Positions 1-10,696 of a stretch of 64,000 bases of DNA are shown one piece after another. This DNA comes from Dehalococcoidia bacterium (GTDB lineage: Bacteria; Chloroflexota; Dehalococcoidia; GIF9; UBA5629). Both the position numbers and the translations under genes were made by a program. Positions within the stretch are counted from its first letter, which is position 1, and each line of letters opens with the position of its first letter. The stretch covers positions 32,001 through 96,000 of the forward strand of contig JBEKIW010000002.1 of assembly GCA_050011565.1 (NCBI GenBank), written 5' to 3'. Under the pieces are notes generated by a model that saw only the letters and a program-made list of their open reading frames with translations, had not been told where the DNA came from and ran no database searches.

Positions 1-971
1 GCGGAAAACATGCCCCGCCGCTCGACATAAATATTCTGCAAACAAGCTTTAAGTGAATCTGATACAAGCAGGTAATCCAGTTGGTCTTTTCCTGTCCGAT
101 AGGTACCCCGCTGAGACGCCTCCAGCTCGAGATTGACATTGTATAGTCCCTTTTTCTCAAGCAGCGGCGACAGCGACGGACTGTCCGCCGGAGAGTTAAA
201 ATCCCCGGCAACGACAACATATTCTTGCTGCAGATTATGCTCATCAACCAGTTCGGCTACTCGCTCTACCTGCCCTCTGCGGCGCCGGTTGCTCTGAGGG
301 TCGTTCGCTGGACTGTATCCCATCGATTTGAAGTGATTCACCATCAGGTGAAGCAGTTTTTCCCCTGACAACTTAATCTGCGCCTCCAGGCAGTCACGAG
401 AGAAAGTCGGCATCGGTTGGTCGTTGTACGTCGTTTTTTCATTTATATGGCTGCATAGCCATAGCACAGGCAAGCGGGACATTAAGGACACATCTATACC
501 GCGTTCATCATTGCCATCGATAAGTAATATATATTCGTAGCCCGATTTGCCTGCCGGCTGGAGAAACTGTTTTAGCAGCAAGTCGTCATGGAACTTCTGT
601 AGTGCCTGCCGGTTTTCCACCTCGATCAGGCATATTACATCAGCGTTGATGTCGCTGATTACCCTGGCGGTGTTTTCCACGGCAGCATCGTCAACCTTGT
701 CGCGGGTGAGTTCAACCCAGCCCAGCCACTCTCCGACACCCGCTGCAGTACTGTGTTTGCCGCGTACATCGTTGATGGTGGCAAAGCCGCTTAGCTTCTT
801 CTTTAACTCGTCAATTCGGTTGTGGTCGAATACTTCTTTACTTAGTTCTGCTTGAAGAAGCGAAACATAGCCGAGCAGTTCCAGTGACTTCTCCTTTTTC
901 TCGCCGAAGATTCGCGGCCTGCTGAAGAGGTTTTCACAATTGAAGGTTGCTATACGTAGGTTATTTGCCAT
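1..971 (-). CDS. Endonuclease/exonuclease/phosphatase (EEP) family protein, 3' end runs off the window edge
   Basis: Not in ORF track. Manual translation from ATG at 971: MANNLRIATFNCENLFSRP...ADVICLIEVEN...VNHFKS...VVVAGDFNS...QLDYLLVS, the canonical EEP motifs; purine-rich RBS GAGGAAGGG upstream. Confidence 0.88.
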   Translation of the reverse strand, partial: MANNLRIATFNCENLFSRPRIFGEKKEKSLELLGYVSLLQAELSKEVFDHNRIDELKKKLSGFATINDVRGKHSTAAGVGEWLGWVELTRDKVDDAAVENTARVISDINADVICLIEVENRQALQKFHDDLLLKQFLQPAGKSGYEYILLIDGNDERGIDVSLMSRLPVLWLCSHINEKTTYNDQPMPTFSRDCLEAQIKLSGEKLLHLMVNHFKSMGYSPANDPQSNRRRRGQVERVAELVDEHNLQQEYVVVAGDFNSPADSPSLSPLLEKKGLYNVNLELEASQRGTYRTGKDQLDYLLVSDSLKACLQNIYVERRGMFS

Positions 972-1151
972 TTTCCCTTCCTCTCTTCCAATGCGCCGTC
1001 TCTGCCCCCTTTGCAACGTCGGCAACACCTTCAGTCTAGTTCTTATGCGAAGACTTGTCAATAGGCACAGCCGAAATTCTGTAACTGCCGCAACCTTATT
1101 GTCTGCGTGTGTTTCTATATATTCCCCATTACTTTGGAGGCAATTGTCGTA

Positions 1152-1180
1152 TTGACCGGACTTGAGCAAAGGAGTAGGAT
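1152..1180 (+). promoter_or_regulatory. Putative sigma70 promoter of the cNMP-binding gene
   Basis: TTGACC-17 nt-TAGGAT upstream of ATG 1251. Confidence 0.45.
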
Positions 1181-1250
1181 ACATTTGGTAGGGCATTTTT
1201 TGACAGATAGGCAGGGGGATAACTATTGCGAATCATAAGGGAGGATTGAG

Positions 1251-1757
1251 ATGGTTACTGCAGAGGTTTTGAAGGGATTTGAGCTCTTCAAAGGGCTGGC
1301 TGAAGACAGCCTGGCCAAAATCGCCGAACTCTGTCAGCTCTGTGCCATGCATGAAGGCGACCGTATTTTTGCGGAGGACACCAAGGCCAGAGACGTACAT
1401 CTATGCCGCAGCGGCAAGGTTGATATCTTGATCTGGGTGGGGCAGCCGTGGAACAGGAACATCGCAGTTCACCGCGCCGTGCCGGGAGAAGTATTCGGCT
1501 GGTCTGCTCTGGTAGCGCCTTACATCTATACTGCGTCTGCCGAGTGTGTGGAATCCGGAGAGGAAATTCGCCTTAAGGGCTCCGAATTGTTGACTGTGTT
1601 CGGTCAGAATCCTCTTATGGGATACACAATAATGGAGAATCTCAGTGCCAACGTCAGTCTCAGGTTAACACAGACGAGACAAAGATTAGTCGCCGAATGG
1701 ATGGGTTCGGCGTGGCCCTCGAATTCCAGTGCCTGGGGAGAACCCGGCAAAAGGTAG
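1251..1757 (+). CDS. Stand-alone cyclic-nucleotide-binding (Crp-type) domain protein without HTH
   Basis: LFKGL...IFAED...SGKVDI...PGEVFGWSALV...YTASAEC pattern of cNMP-binding domains; RBS GGAGG; 168 aa leaves no room for a Crp HTH. Confidence 0.8.
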   Translation: MVTAEVLKGFELFKGLAEDSLAKIAELCQLCAMHEGDRIFAEDTKARDVHLCRSGKVDILIWVGQPWNRNIAVHRAVPGEVFGWSALVAPYIYTASAECVESGEEIRLKGSELLTVFGQNPLMGYTIMENLSANVSLRLTQTRQRLVAEWMGSAWPSNSSAWGEPGKR

Positions 1758-1827
1758 TACGGATAACGCTATTTGCGCCTTCTTAGGAATTTATATTGGT
1801 CACCCTGTATATTGCAGACTGCTTCAG

Positions 1828-3783
1828 CTAAATGTGCGCGCTAATCCCAATGGCCGCCAGGTCAGCAAAGGCTTCCAACAGCCGGAACTGTTCGATAGTA
1901 ATCGGTCCCGCGCTGTCAGAGAACCATATTCCCATGACTCCTATGGCTCCCTTCGTGGTATTCAGCGGCAAATATCGTGCTTTAGCATCCGGGATTGTAT
2001 CAGTCCCGTATCCAGCGGCTTTTTGATTTTGGAAAGCCCAAACAGCTATTGCCACATCATTTTCTTTTATCGTAATTTTCGGTTTCTGAGCGTATGGCCT
2101 GAGTTTCCCCTTATTCTGAGTGTCAGGTAAAAAAATCACTACGTCGCCTCCAAACGTCTCCTTCACATGTTTGACGATGACATTTAATGTGTTATCCAGT
2201 CCGGAGCTAGCAGCCAGGTCTCGACTAAGAGCATATAAGGTAGCCGTCTCGGACTCGCGACGTCGCGCTGCTTTAATCTGGTTGCGAACCCGTGCCGTTA
2301 GCAAGCTGATAACCACACCTACTGCGAGCAATGCAATGAAGGTGAAAAGATATTGCGCATCGGCTACGGCGAATGAGACGGTTGGCGGGACGAAAAAGAA
2401 ATCAAAAGCTAACACACCTAGCAAAGAGACGAAAATTGATGGGCCAAATCCAAAGTAAACGGCCGAGATAATAACGCTAATAAGATAGAGCATAAACAGG
2501 TTAGTGGGGTCGAAAAAGGGGCGCAATAGCTCTCCAATTAAAGTGGCTACAATGACTAGCGCCAGTCCCTTGAGGTAGCCCCACCACCACTGCGTGGGCT
2601 GTGCGGCCGGCAAATTTTCTGGCGGCGCCGGCTCAGCCTTGCTACCCACAATATAGACATCAATATTCTCGCTTTGGCGAATTAGCTGGTCGGCCACTGA
2701 CCCTCGCAGCAATTCCAGCCATCGGCTACGCTCCGGTCTACCGACGACCACTTTACTGATATTATGCGCGTTTGCATATTCGACTACTGTCGCTGCCACA
2801 GAGTCTCCTTGAAGCTTCAGTACCTTAGCGCCAAGTCGCTCAGCCAGCCGCAATGTAGCCTCTAATCTATCCCGCTGCGCCGATGATAACGGAATGATGC
2901 CCGGCGTCTCGACATATACAGCAAACCATTCTGCATCCAACTGTGAAGCCAGAATTCTTCCGTTGCGCACTAGACGGTTACCCAGAGGACCCGGGCCTAT
3001 ACAAACTAGAAGGCGCTCAGCCGCCGGCCAAGGCCCGCGGACAGCATGTGTCTGCATATAGACCTGCGCTTGCTTATCCACATGTTCAGCAGCAATCCGC
3101 ATGGTCACCTCACGTAGTGCTATAAGATTGCCTTTGCGGAAAAAGTCGTTTATGGCATGCGCTATCTGCTCCAGTACATAGACCTTGCCTTGCTTCAAGC
3201 GTTCCAATAGTTCATCGGGGGGCAGGTCAACCAACTTAATCTCTGCCGCCATGTCGACTATTGTGTCGGGAATCGTTTCACGCACCCAGACACCAGCAAT
3301 TTGCGCCACCGTATTCCTCATACTCTCCACATGCTGTATATTGAGGGTGGTATAAACATCGATTCCCGCCTCAAGCAGTTCTTCAACGTCCTGATAACGC
3401 TTAGGATGACGCGAACCGTGAGCATTAGTATGGGCAAGTTCATCCACTAGCACCAGTTGTGGCCGGCGTGCCAGTACGGCGTCCAGGTCCATTTCAGTAA
3501 GGTTAATGCCGTGGTACTCTATCTGCTTTCTTGGAATAATCTCCAGCCCCTTCAGCAATGCATCCGTTTCAGCCCGCCCATGCGTCTCCACTAAGCCGAC
3601 AACCAGGTCTATCTCGTTTTTCCGTCGTTGAGCGGCTTCCAGCATGGCATATGTTTTACCGACTCCAGCGGCATAACCGAGGAAGATGGTTAGCTTTCCC
3701 TGCTTCTTCTCTCGTTCCTCAGCTTTGATACGCGCTAGCAATTCATCGGGGCTGGGACGCTTCTCAGACATTTTATTTGTCAT
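1828..3783 (-). CDS. kdpD: KdpD sensor (KdpD-N, USP, 4 TM, GAF) lacking the histidine-kinase domains
   Basis: GKLTIFLGYAAGVGKTYAML, LVDELAHTN, RHPKRYQDVEELL, FFRKGNLIALRE, four TM helices and GAF; ORF stops before any H-box or HATPase. Confidence 0.9.
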   Translation of the reverse strand: MTNKMSEKRPSPDELLARIKAEEREKKQGKLTIFLGYAAGVGKTYAMLEAAQRRKNEIDLVVGLVETHGRAETDALLKGLEIIPRKQIEYHGINLTEMDLDAVLARRPQLVLVDELAHTNAHGSRHPKRYQDVEELLEAGIDVYTTLNIQHVESMRNTVAQIAGVWVRETIPDTIVDMAAEIKLVDLPPDELLERLKQGKVYVLEQIAHAINDFFRKGNLIALREVTMRIAAEHVDKQAQVYMQTHAVRGPWPAAERLLVCIGPGPLGNRLVRNGRILASQLDAEWFAVYVETPGIIPLSSAQRDRLEATLRLAERLGAKVLKLQGDSVAATVVEYANAHNISKVVVGRPERSRWLELLRGSVADQLIRQSENIDVYIVGSKAEPAPPENLPAAQPTQWWWGYLKGLALVIVATLIGELLRPFFDPTNLFMLYLISVIISAVYFGFGPSIFVSLLGVLAFDFFFVPPTVSFAVADAQYLFTFIALLAVGVVISLLTARVRNQIKAARRRESETATLYALSRDLAASSGLDNTLNVIVKHVKETFGGDVVIFLPDTQNKGKLRPYAQKPKITIKENDVAIAVWAFQNQKAAGYGTDTIPDAKARYLPLNTTKGAIGVMGIWFSDSAGPITIEQFRLLEAFADLAAIGISAHI

Positions 3784-3829
3784 TCTAATTTCAAATCTTA
3801 TAATTTATTTTCGGCTAAATCCATTTTAT

Positions 3830-4405
3830 TTATTTCATTTGGTCCAGTGCTTGATTAAGCAGTAAAACGTTGACTCTGGGCTCACCCAAAATACCGAACT
3901 GGCGACCCTGGGTAAAACGGTCAATCAGTGCCAGGACCTGGGTTTCATTCAAGCCGCGCTCTCGAGCCACACGCGGAACCTGATAGAGTGCCGCCGCGAT
4001 ACTTATATGCGGGTCAAGTCCACTGGCAGAATAAGTTACCAAATCCACCGGGATAGGCTGTGTATTGTCCGGGTCGGCTGCCTTTAGTGCTTTAATCCGT
4101 TGTTGAATCCCATCCAGCAATGCCGGGTTCAACGGCCCGTAGTTTGAGCCCGAAGAGGACGCAGCATTATACAGAAATGGCGTGGTTGCTGAAGGACGAC
4201 CCCAGAAGTAACCGGCCTCATCAAACGGCTGACCTATAAGTTCGGAGCCAAGGTATTTGCCATCTTTGGATTCAATCAAGCTGCCATTTGCCTGATGATG
4301 AAAAACGACCTGAGAAATACCGGTCACTATCAAGGGATAAATTACTCCGGTAACGATAGTAAAGATAGCCAGAAATATTACGGCGCTCCGAAGCTGACGA
4401 CCCAT
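3830..4405 (-). CDS. kdpC: K+-transporting ATPase subunit C
   Basis: [45 protein letters not shown]. Confidence 0.97.
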   Translation of the reverse strand: MGRQLRSAVIFLAIFTIVTGVIYPLIVTGISQVVFHHQANGSLIESKDGKYLGSELIGQPFDEAGYFWGRPSATTPFLYNAASSSGSNYGPLNPALLDGIQQRIKALKAADPDNTQPIPVDLVTYSASGLDPHISIAAALYQVPRVARERGLNETQVLALIDRFTQGRQFGILGEPRVNVLLLNQALDQMK

Positions 4406-4430
4406 AAAGAAAAACTCCTGTTTGACTGTC

Positions 4431-6557
4431 CTATACCAATCTCAAAGCTACTAACAGCATATCGATTAATTTGATGGCGATAAATGGCATTATTAACCCC
4501 CCCACTCCATAAACTAGCAGATTATTGCGCAGGAGTCTGGCTGCGCCAACCGGCCGGTACGGCACGCCGCGCAAAGCCAGCGGAATTAGAGCGACTATAA
4601 TCAGTGCATTGAAAATCACTGCCGATAAAACGGCGCTTTCAGGTGTAGCCAGACGCATTAAGTTCAGTGCCAGCAACGAGGGGTAGGTGCTGGCAAATGC
4701 CGCTGGGATAATAGCGAAATACTTGGACACATCGTTAGCGATGCTGAACGTGGTCAAAGCCCCGCGTGTCATCAGCAGTTGCTTTCCAATCTCTACAACC
4801 TCAATCAACTTAGTCGGATTGCTATCCAGGTCAATCATGTTGGCAGCCTCTCGAGCCGGCTGTGTCCCGGTGTTCATAGCCACAGCTACGTCGGCCTGCG
4901 CCAATGCCGGAGCATCATTGGTGCCATCGCCGGTCATAGCCACCAACCTCCCGCCGGCCTGGTGTTTACGTATCAACTCAAGCTTGGCTTCAGGAGTAGC
5001 CTGCGCTAAAAAGTCATCTACTCCCGCCTCGGCGGCGATGGCGGCTGCCGTGAGCGGGTTATCTCCGGTAATCATCACTGTTTTGATGCCCATCTTTCTC
5101 ATGTGCGCAAACCGTTCCTTAATGCCGCCTTTGACGATATCTTTGAGATGGGTCACGCCCAGGGCTTCGCCATTTCGTGCAACCACTAAAGGTGTGCCAC
5201 CGGCACGAGCTATATCATCGACCAGTGCCTTCAATTCTGTCGGCACTGTCTTATCTTGCTTTTCTATATAAGCTATGATTGCATCGGCAGCGCCCTTGCG
5301 GATGCTTACTCCATCTATGTCCACACCACTCATGCGAGTTTGCGCCGAAAATGGGATAAAGTGCATGCCACCCGGCACGTCTTCACTTCTGCTGCCGCGC
5401 AGACCATACTTCTCTTTTGCCAGCAGAACTATGCTGCGACCTTCAGGTGTCTCGTCGACCAGCGAAGCCAGTTGTGCCGCCTCTGCTAGCTCGCGGTCGC
5501 TGATCCCGCCAACAGGTATGAACTCTACCGCCTGACGGTTGCCCAGAGTGATGGTACCCGTCTTGTCTAACAACAGAACATCCACATCACCAGCGGCCTC
5601 TACGGCACGGCCGGATAGTGCAATCACGTTGCGCCTGATCAGACGGTCCACTCCGGCAATTCCAATAGCCGGCAGCAAGCCTCCGATAGTTGTCGGGATA
5701 AGGCAGACCAGCAGCGCCACTATCACTGTCAGCGTAATCGGAGTTCCCTGTTGATTCACTTGGACGCTATACAGGGAGAATGGTAGCAATGTGGCGCAAA
5801 CGACGAGAAAGATAATCGTGAATGCGGCCAATAGGATATTAAGTGCGATCTCGTTGGGCGTTTTTTGGCGCTTTGCCCCTTCAACCAGGCTAATCATATG
5901 GTCGAGGAAGCCTTCGCCGGGATTGGCCGTAACACGTACCACCACCCAGTCCGATAATAAACGTGTCCCGCCGGTAACAGCACTTCTGTCGCCTCCAGAT
6001 TCCCGAATAACAGGCGCGCTTTCGCCGGTAACCGCACTCTCATCCACCAATGCCACGCCTTCAATCACTTCGCCATCAACCGGGATGATATCGCCAGCCT
6101 CCACTAGAAATGCATCATCTCGACGCAGAGCAGTGGAAAGCACAATATCATAGCTGGCTCCGTGTTTTGGTCGACTCAGCTTTTTAGACTGTGTTTCTCG
6201 GCGGGTACGTCGCAGTGCGTCAGCCTGCGCCTTGCCACGGGCTTCGGCAATGGCTTCGGAGTAGTTGGCGAAGAACACGGTAAGCCAAAGAAATAAGGCT
6301 ATAGCTCCTATGAAACCCGCTGTGTCCTCTCCATGCCCTAAGAGCGCCTGCACCCACAGGGCGGTGGTCAGAACACTGCCTACTTCGACTACGAACATGA
6401 CAGGGTTGCGCACCATGCTTCGCGGGTCAAGCTTTTTAAAGGCATCGGTGAATGCGCGGCGATAGAGCTGCCGTCTGGCACCGAGCTGCCTTTTCGGAGA
6501 TATTGCTTCCTTTTCAGGCGGCTGTGTTTGAAAATCGGATGGGTGATTAGTCGACAT
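4431..6557 (-). CDS. kdpB: K+-transporting P-type ATPase subunit B
   Basis: [23 protein letters not shown] phosphorylation motif, [15 protein letters not shown]. Confidence 0.98.
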   Translation of the reverse strand: MSTNHPSDFQTQPPEKEAISPKRQLGARRQLYRRAFTDAFKKLDPRSMVRNPVMFVVEVGSVLTTALWVQALLGHGEDTAGFIGAIALFLWLTVFFANYSEAIAEARGKAQADALRRTRRETQSKKLSRPKHGASYDIVLSTALRRDDAFLVEAGDIIPVDGEVIEGVALVDESAVTGESAPVIRESGGDRSAVTGGTRLLSDWVVVRVTANPGEGFLDHMISLVEGAKRQKTPNEIALNILLAAFTIIFLVVCATLLPFSLYSVQVNQQGTPITLTVIVALLVCLIPTTIGGLLPAIGIAGVDRLIRRNVIALSGRAVEAAGDVDVLLLDKTGTITLGNRQAVEFIPVGGISDRELAEAAQLASLVDETPEGRSIVLLAKEKYGLRGSRSEDVPGGMHFIPFSAQTRMSGVDIDGVSIRKGAADAIIAYIEKQDKTVPTELKALVDDIARAGGTPLVVARNGEALGVTHLKDIVKGGIKERFAHMRKMGIKTVMITGDNPLTAAAIAAEAGVDDFLAQATPEAKLELIRKHQAGGRLVAMTGDGTNDAPALAQADVAVAMNTGTQPAREAANMIDLDSNPTKLIEVVEIGKQLLMTRGALTTFSIANDVSKYFAIIPAAFASTYPSLLALNLMRLATPESAVLSAVIFNALIIVALIPLALRGVPYRPVGAARLLRNNLLVYGVGGLIMPFIAIKLIDMLLVALRLV

Positions 6558-6563
6558 AGTTCA

Positions 6564-8303
6564 TCATCTTATCGTAAGGTATTCGGCTAATGGCCCAAGC
6601 GCCAGGGCAGGCAAAAAGCTGAGCGCGCCCACTATAATGACTACCACAATCAGCCAGATAATGAAAAGCGATGTATGCGTAGGTAAGGTACCGGAACTGA
6701 CAGGTACTTTCTTCTTTTGCACTAACGAACCGGCAATGGCCAGAGCCGGGATTGCCGCCCAATAGCGAGCAAAAAGCATAGCCAGTCCCAGAGCAGTGTT
6801 GTAGAAAGTTGAATTGGCACTTAGACCGGCGAAGGCGCTGCCGTTATTATTCCCCGTTGAAGAGAAGGCGTACAATATTTCACTGAAGCCATGAGCGCCT
6901 GGGTTGTAAACTGCGGCTCTCCCCGCTGATGTAGCTACAGCGATTGCCGTGCCTAAGAGCACGATTACCACCGGAATGAGAACCATCAAAGAAGCCATTT
7001 TCATCTCGTAGGCTTCAATCTTCTTTCCCAGGTACTCCGGCGTACGCCCAATCATCAGCCCGGCTACGAACACGGCAATTATGACAAAGGCCAGCATGCC
7101 GTAAAGACCGGAGCCGACCCCTCCATAAACTACCTCACCTAATTGCATGAGCCACATTGGCACCAGGCCGCCAAGCGGCGTAAATGAGTCATGCATGGCA
7201 TTCACTGATCCATTCGAGGCAGCAGTGGTACCGGTAGCCCACAGCGCCGAGTTGGTAATCCCAAAGCGCGCCTCCTTGCCCTCCATATTGCCGCCAGGCT
7301 GAATGTTGCTGGGTGTCTGGTCAACTCCAAGTGCACTTACGGCCGGGTTACCGCTCTGTTCCGCCCAAATAGTAATACCCAACAGCGCCACAAATATGAT
7401 AGTCATGGCTATTAGTATCGCCCAACCCTGGCGCGTATCGCCTATCATCTTGCCAAAGGTGTAACACAAGGCTGCGGGGATAAGCAGAATGGACAACATC
7501 TCTAAAAAGTTAGATAGGGGGGTAGGGTTCTCAAAAGGGTGCGCCGAGTTAACATTGAAGAAGCCGCCGCCATTCGTTCCCAACTGCTTTATCGCAATCT
7601 GTGAAGCTGCCGGCCCAACTGCTACTACTTGTTCATTTACAATCTGGCCGCTGGAGTCATGAGTTGATTGCAATAAGGACACGTTGGCACTTCCATTGAA
7701 CGTCTGCACCACACCCTGTGATACCAAAGCCAGCGCCAGGACGAGTGATAAAGGTAGTAATATATACAGAACACTTCGTGTGGTGTCCACCCAGAAATTA
7801 CCAATAGCTTTAGCTGAATGCCGCGCAAAGGAACGTACCAGCGCTATGAGTACCACCATGCCTGTAGCCGCCGATAGAAAATTCTGGACCGTTAATCCCA
7901 TCATTTGGGTCAGATAGCTCATGGTGGTCTCCCCACCGTAGCTCTGCCAGTTCGTATTGGTAACGAAACTGACTGCTGTGTTGAAGGCCAGGCCAGATGG
8001 GACCGCGCCCAAACTCTGGGGATTCAATGGCAGTATGGATTGTAGGCGTTGCAACAAATACAACAATAGTATGCCTACAAAATTAAATAGCAACACGGCG
8101 ACAGCATACGTCTTCCAGTCCATGTCTTCATCGGCATGTATACGCGCCAGACGATAGATAAACCGCTCAACAGGTTGGAGCACCGGAGAGAGAAATGTGC
8201 GTTCGCCCTGATAGACACGTGCCATAAAGGCACCTAGCGGTTTTACGAGCAACAAAAGGACCAGCAGATATAGCCCGGGTTGGAGCAGAATAGAGGCGGT
8301 CAT
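6564..8303 (-). CDS. kdpA: K+-transporting ATPase subunit A
   Basis: [52 protein letters not shown]. Start set at ATG 8303, which overlaps the kdpF stop (ATGA). Confidence 0.97.
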   Translation of the reverse strand: MTASILLQPGLYLLVLLLLVKPLGAFMARVYQGERTFLSPVLQPVERFIYRLARIHADEDMDWKTYAVAVLLFNFVGILLLYLLQRLQSILPLNPQSLGAVPSGLAFNTAVSFVTNTNWQSYGGETTMSYLTQMMGLTVQNFLSAATGMVVLIALVRSFARHSAKAIGNFWVDTTRSVLYILLPLSLVLALALVSQGVVQTFNGSANVSLLQSTHDSSGQIVNEQVVAVGPAASQIAIKQLGTNGGGFFNVNSAHPFENPTPLSNFLEMLSILLIPAALCYTFGKMIGDTRQGWAILIAMTIIFVALLGITIWAEQSGNPAVSALGVDQTPSNIQPGGNMEGKEARFGITNSALWATGTTAASNGSVNAMHDSFTPLGGLVPMWLMQLGEVVYGGVGSGLYGMLAFVIIAVFVAGLMIGRTPEYLGKKIEAYEMKMASLMVLIPVVIVLLGTAIAVATSAGRAAVYNPGAHGFSEILYAFSSTGNNNGSAFAGLSANSTFYNTALGLAMLFARYWAAIPALAIAGSLVQKKKVPVSSGTLPTHTSLFIIWLIVVVIIVGALSFLPALALGPLAEYLTIR

Positions 8304-8392
8304 CCGAACCACTCCGGCTTAAGCAGCGCCAGAATGAGATAGATTAGCAAGCCGATACAAATCAGGCCGGAGATAATATAAAAAGCACCCAT
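8300..8392 (-). CDS. kdpF: K+-transporting ATPase subunit F (30 aa)
   Basis: Below ORF-track cutoff; [30 protein letters not shown] has the KdpF signature YL..ALL.PE.F; stop overlaps kdpA start. Confidence 0.92.
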   Translation of the reverse strand: MGAFYIISGLICIGLLIYLILALLKPEWFG

Positions 8393-8401
8393 GCTATGAT
8401 T

Positions 8402-8485
8402 TCACAACCGTTTAAAGATGGCTATCAGTCCCAGAGTGGCTAAAAAAAACAGCACAATTAAGCTCAGAAAAAGCAGGTCAGGCAT
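8402..8485 (-). CDS. 27-aa hydrophobic peptide upstream of kdpF (KdpZ-like accessory peptide)
   Basis: MPDLLFLSLIVLFFLATLGLIAIFKRL; single TM helix with basic C-terminus, 9 nt before the kdpF start. Confidence 0.65.
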   Translation of the reverse strand: MPDLLFLSLIVLFFLATLGLIAIFKRL

Positions 8486-8536
8486 AATTATCTATCACAC
8501 CAGTGTACTGCAATAAATATCCAATCCCTGACTGAA

Positions 8537-8566
8537 ATCATATACCTCAGGAAGTTTTGATGTCAA
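8537..8566 (-). promoter_or_regulatory. Near-consensus sigma70 promoter of the kdp operon
   Basis: Minus strand TTGACA-18 nt-TATGAT. Confidence 0.55.
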
Positions 8567-8664
8567 TGTAGAAGGTGGTAACGGGCCGATTTGAAATAGG
8601 TACCGCGTGTTGTGACCGCTAAGATAATCCGTTTATGGTCTTTTAGCACAACCTGATGAAGTGC

Positions 8665-8994
8665 TTAACGCTCTCTAACCTCGTCGTCTATCCACTTGAG
8701 GTAATCTTCATTGCCGCCAATGATAGGCAGGGCAATTATCTCAGGGACTTCATAGCTGTGCGCCGCCTTGACCAGGTCAACGATTTCCGATAGTAGCGAG
8801 GCTTTGGTCTTGATGATAAGAAGACTTTCCCGAGCTGAATCGAGCTTACCCTGCCACCAGAATGACGAGTCTACCCGCGGTACGATGTTTACGCAGGCGG
8901 CTTTCCTCCGGCTTAGTAGCAGCTCAGCTATTTTGTGTGCTTCCGGCTCAGACTTGGTGGTAACCAAGATGACAATCTTGCCAGTCTCTTTCAT
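8665..8994 (-). CDS. cutA: Divalent-cation tolerance protein CutA
   Basis: AACVNI, WWQGK, HSYEVPEIIALPI, YLKWI. Confidence 0.95.
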   Translation of the reverse strand: MKETGKIVILVTTKSEPEAHKIAELLLSRRKAACVNIVPRVDSSFWWQGKLDSARESLLIIKTKASLLSEIVDLVKAAHSYEVPEIIALPIIGGNEDYLKWIDDEVRER

Positions 8995-9911
8995 GCGCTC
9001 CTGCCCACCGCCAGCATCCTATCCACGGCGGCTTTTGCCTTAAGGCGAATCTTCTCCGGTACTTTTACTTCCGGCGCCATCTCTTCCAGTGACCACAATA
9101 CTTTCTCCAGGGTTATCAGCTTCATATTGGGACATATCGCCTGCTCCGAAACCGGTATAAACTTTTTCCCCGGATTCTCCTTTTTTAGCCTGTAAATTAT
9201 GCCCATCTCCGTTCCCACAATCATCTCCTGAACGTCTTCCCTTCTGGCAAACTTTATCATCCCGCTGGTGCTCAACACCTCGTCGGCTAGGGCTATCACA
9301 TCCGGCCTGCATTCCGGGTGAACTACAACCTTAGCCTCGGGATACTCATGCCTTAGTTTAACGATATATTCAGGCATTATCCGGGCATGGGTGGGACAGA
9401 AACCAGGCCAGAGAATCATTTTTTTAGCTGTTTTTGTGGAGATGTAGTGCCCCAAGTACTGGTCAGGGACGAAAATTATTTCTTTTGTGTCCAGGCTTTC
9501 CACAACGCCAACCGCATTAGCCGAAGTACAACAAATGTATGATTCAGCCTTAACCGCAGCCGAGGAATTAATATAGCAGACCACCGTAGCCTTAGGATGC
9601 TCCTTTTTCCTGGCACGTAGCTGTGGGGCGGTTATCATATTTGCCATGGGACAGCCGGCATGTTCGTCCGGCAGCAAGACTGTTTTGTCCGGGCAGAGAA
9701 TTGAGGCTGTTTCTGCCATGAAATGAACGCCGCAGAAGACTATAACGCTGGCATCAGTCTTAGCCGCATTCTGGCTGAGGTCGAGAGAATCGCCGACGAA
9801 ATCAGCTATGTCTTGAATCTCACCCAATTGATAGTTATGGGCAAGTATGACGGCATTTCGCTTTTTCTTGAATTTCAGAATTTTCTCGGTTAGCTCAGTC
9901 TGTCTATCCAT
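8991..9911 (-). CDS. nadA: Quinolinate synthase
   Basis: ILAHNYQ, GDSLDL, FCGVHFMAETA, AGCPMA, YINSSA, HPEC, CPNMK. Confidence 0.97.
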   Translation of the reverse strand: MDRQTELTEKILKFKKKRNAVILAHNYQLGEIQDIADFVGDSLDLSQNAAKTDASVIVFCGVHFMAETASILCPDKTVLLPDEHAGCPMANMITAPQLRARKKEHPKATVVCYINSSAAVKAESYICCTSANAVGVVESLDTKEIIFVPDQYLGHYISTKTAKKMILWPGFCPTHARIMPEYIVKLRHEYPEAKVVVHPECRPDVIALADEVLSTSGMIKFARREDVQEMIVGTEMGIIYRLKKENPGKKFIPVSEQAICPNMKLITLEKVLWSLEEMAPEVKVPEKIRLKAKAAVDRMLAVGRSA

Positions 9912-10695
9912 GGCTAACTACCCTCCAATCATTAGCGTAAACATTCATCCTCTTGCCTCTGGCGAAACCGATGAGCGTGATGCCCAGGTCACCGGCTAAC
10001 TTCACGCCCATATCAGTAGGCGCTGATTTGGAGATGAGCAGAGGGATATTTCTTTTAACCGCCTTAAGCAATATCTCTGAAGAAACCCTCCCGCTGGTTA
10101 TGATAATGCGGCCATCCGTCGATATATCTTCCAAAATGCATTCGCCAAAAATCTTGTCAATGGCATTATGACGGCCTATGTCCTCGCTGAAAATCAGAAT
10201 GTTTTTGGTATCAGATAATGCGGCGCTGTGAACACCACCCGTTGTCCTGAAAATCTGCGACCGGTGCTGAAACTCCCTTACCAGTTCGAAGACTTCGCCA
10301 GCCGATATGCTGGTTTTAGATTCAACTTTCTTCTGCCCGATGACGTCAGCGGCGCTGTAGAAAGAAGCGCCCCGACCACAGCCCGACGTAATCAGCCGCT
10401 TGAACACCAGCTCGCCAGCCTGTTTAGTCTCCTCCTCGGTCTCTACACGGACAACGCCTCTCTGCTCATCAACCGTTATCTTTTTGATTTCATCCTTACT
10501 TTTGAGCAGCCCTTCGGAGGACAGAAAACCGATGGCCAGATAGTCCAGGTGCGCGGGAGTACAAAGCAAAGTCACCAGCTCTTGATTGTTCAAAATGATG
10601 GTCAGAGGAAATTCCCTGACAACTATGTCATCGGAGCGGCTTTTCGCTTCCCCGGTGAGTCGCAATATGGGAACGCGCTCTACCTCGCCCGCCAT
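9904..10695 (-). CDS. fdhD: Formate dehydrogenase accessory sulfurtransferase FdhD
   Basis: LAIGFLSSEG, TSGCG, TGGVHSAA, EDIGRHNAIDK, TSGRVSSE. Confidence 0.93.
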   Translation of the reverse strand: MAGEVERVPILRLTGEAKSRSDDIVVREFPLTIILNNQELVTLLCTPAHLDYLAIGFLSSEGLLKSKDEIKKITVDEQRGVVRVETEEETKQAGELVFKRLITSGCGRGASFYSAADVIGQKKVESKTSISAGEVFELVREFQHRSQIFRTTGGVHSAALSDTKNILIFSEDIGRHNAIDKIFGECILEDISTDGRIIITSGRVSSEILLKAVKRNIPLLISKSAPTDMGVKLAGDLGITLIGFARGKRMNVYANDWRVVSHG

Positions 10696-10696
10696 A

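Noticed and set aside
547-1155. Plus-strand ORFs 547-855 and 940-1155
   Set aside because: Antisense shadows of the EEP gene and its upstream region; no motifs or RBS.
8486-8664. c-di-AMP (ydaO) riboswitch expected before kdp
   Set aside because: None of the conserved ydaO segments is recognisable, and the predicted leader is too short.
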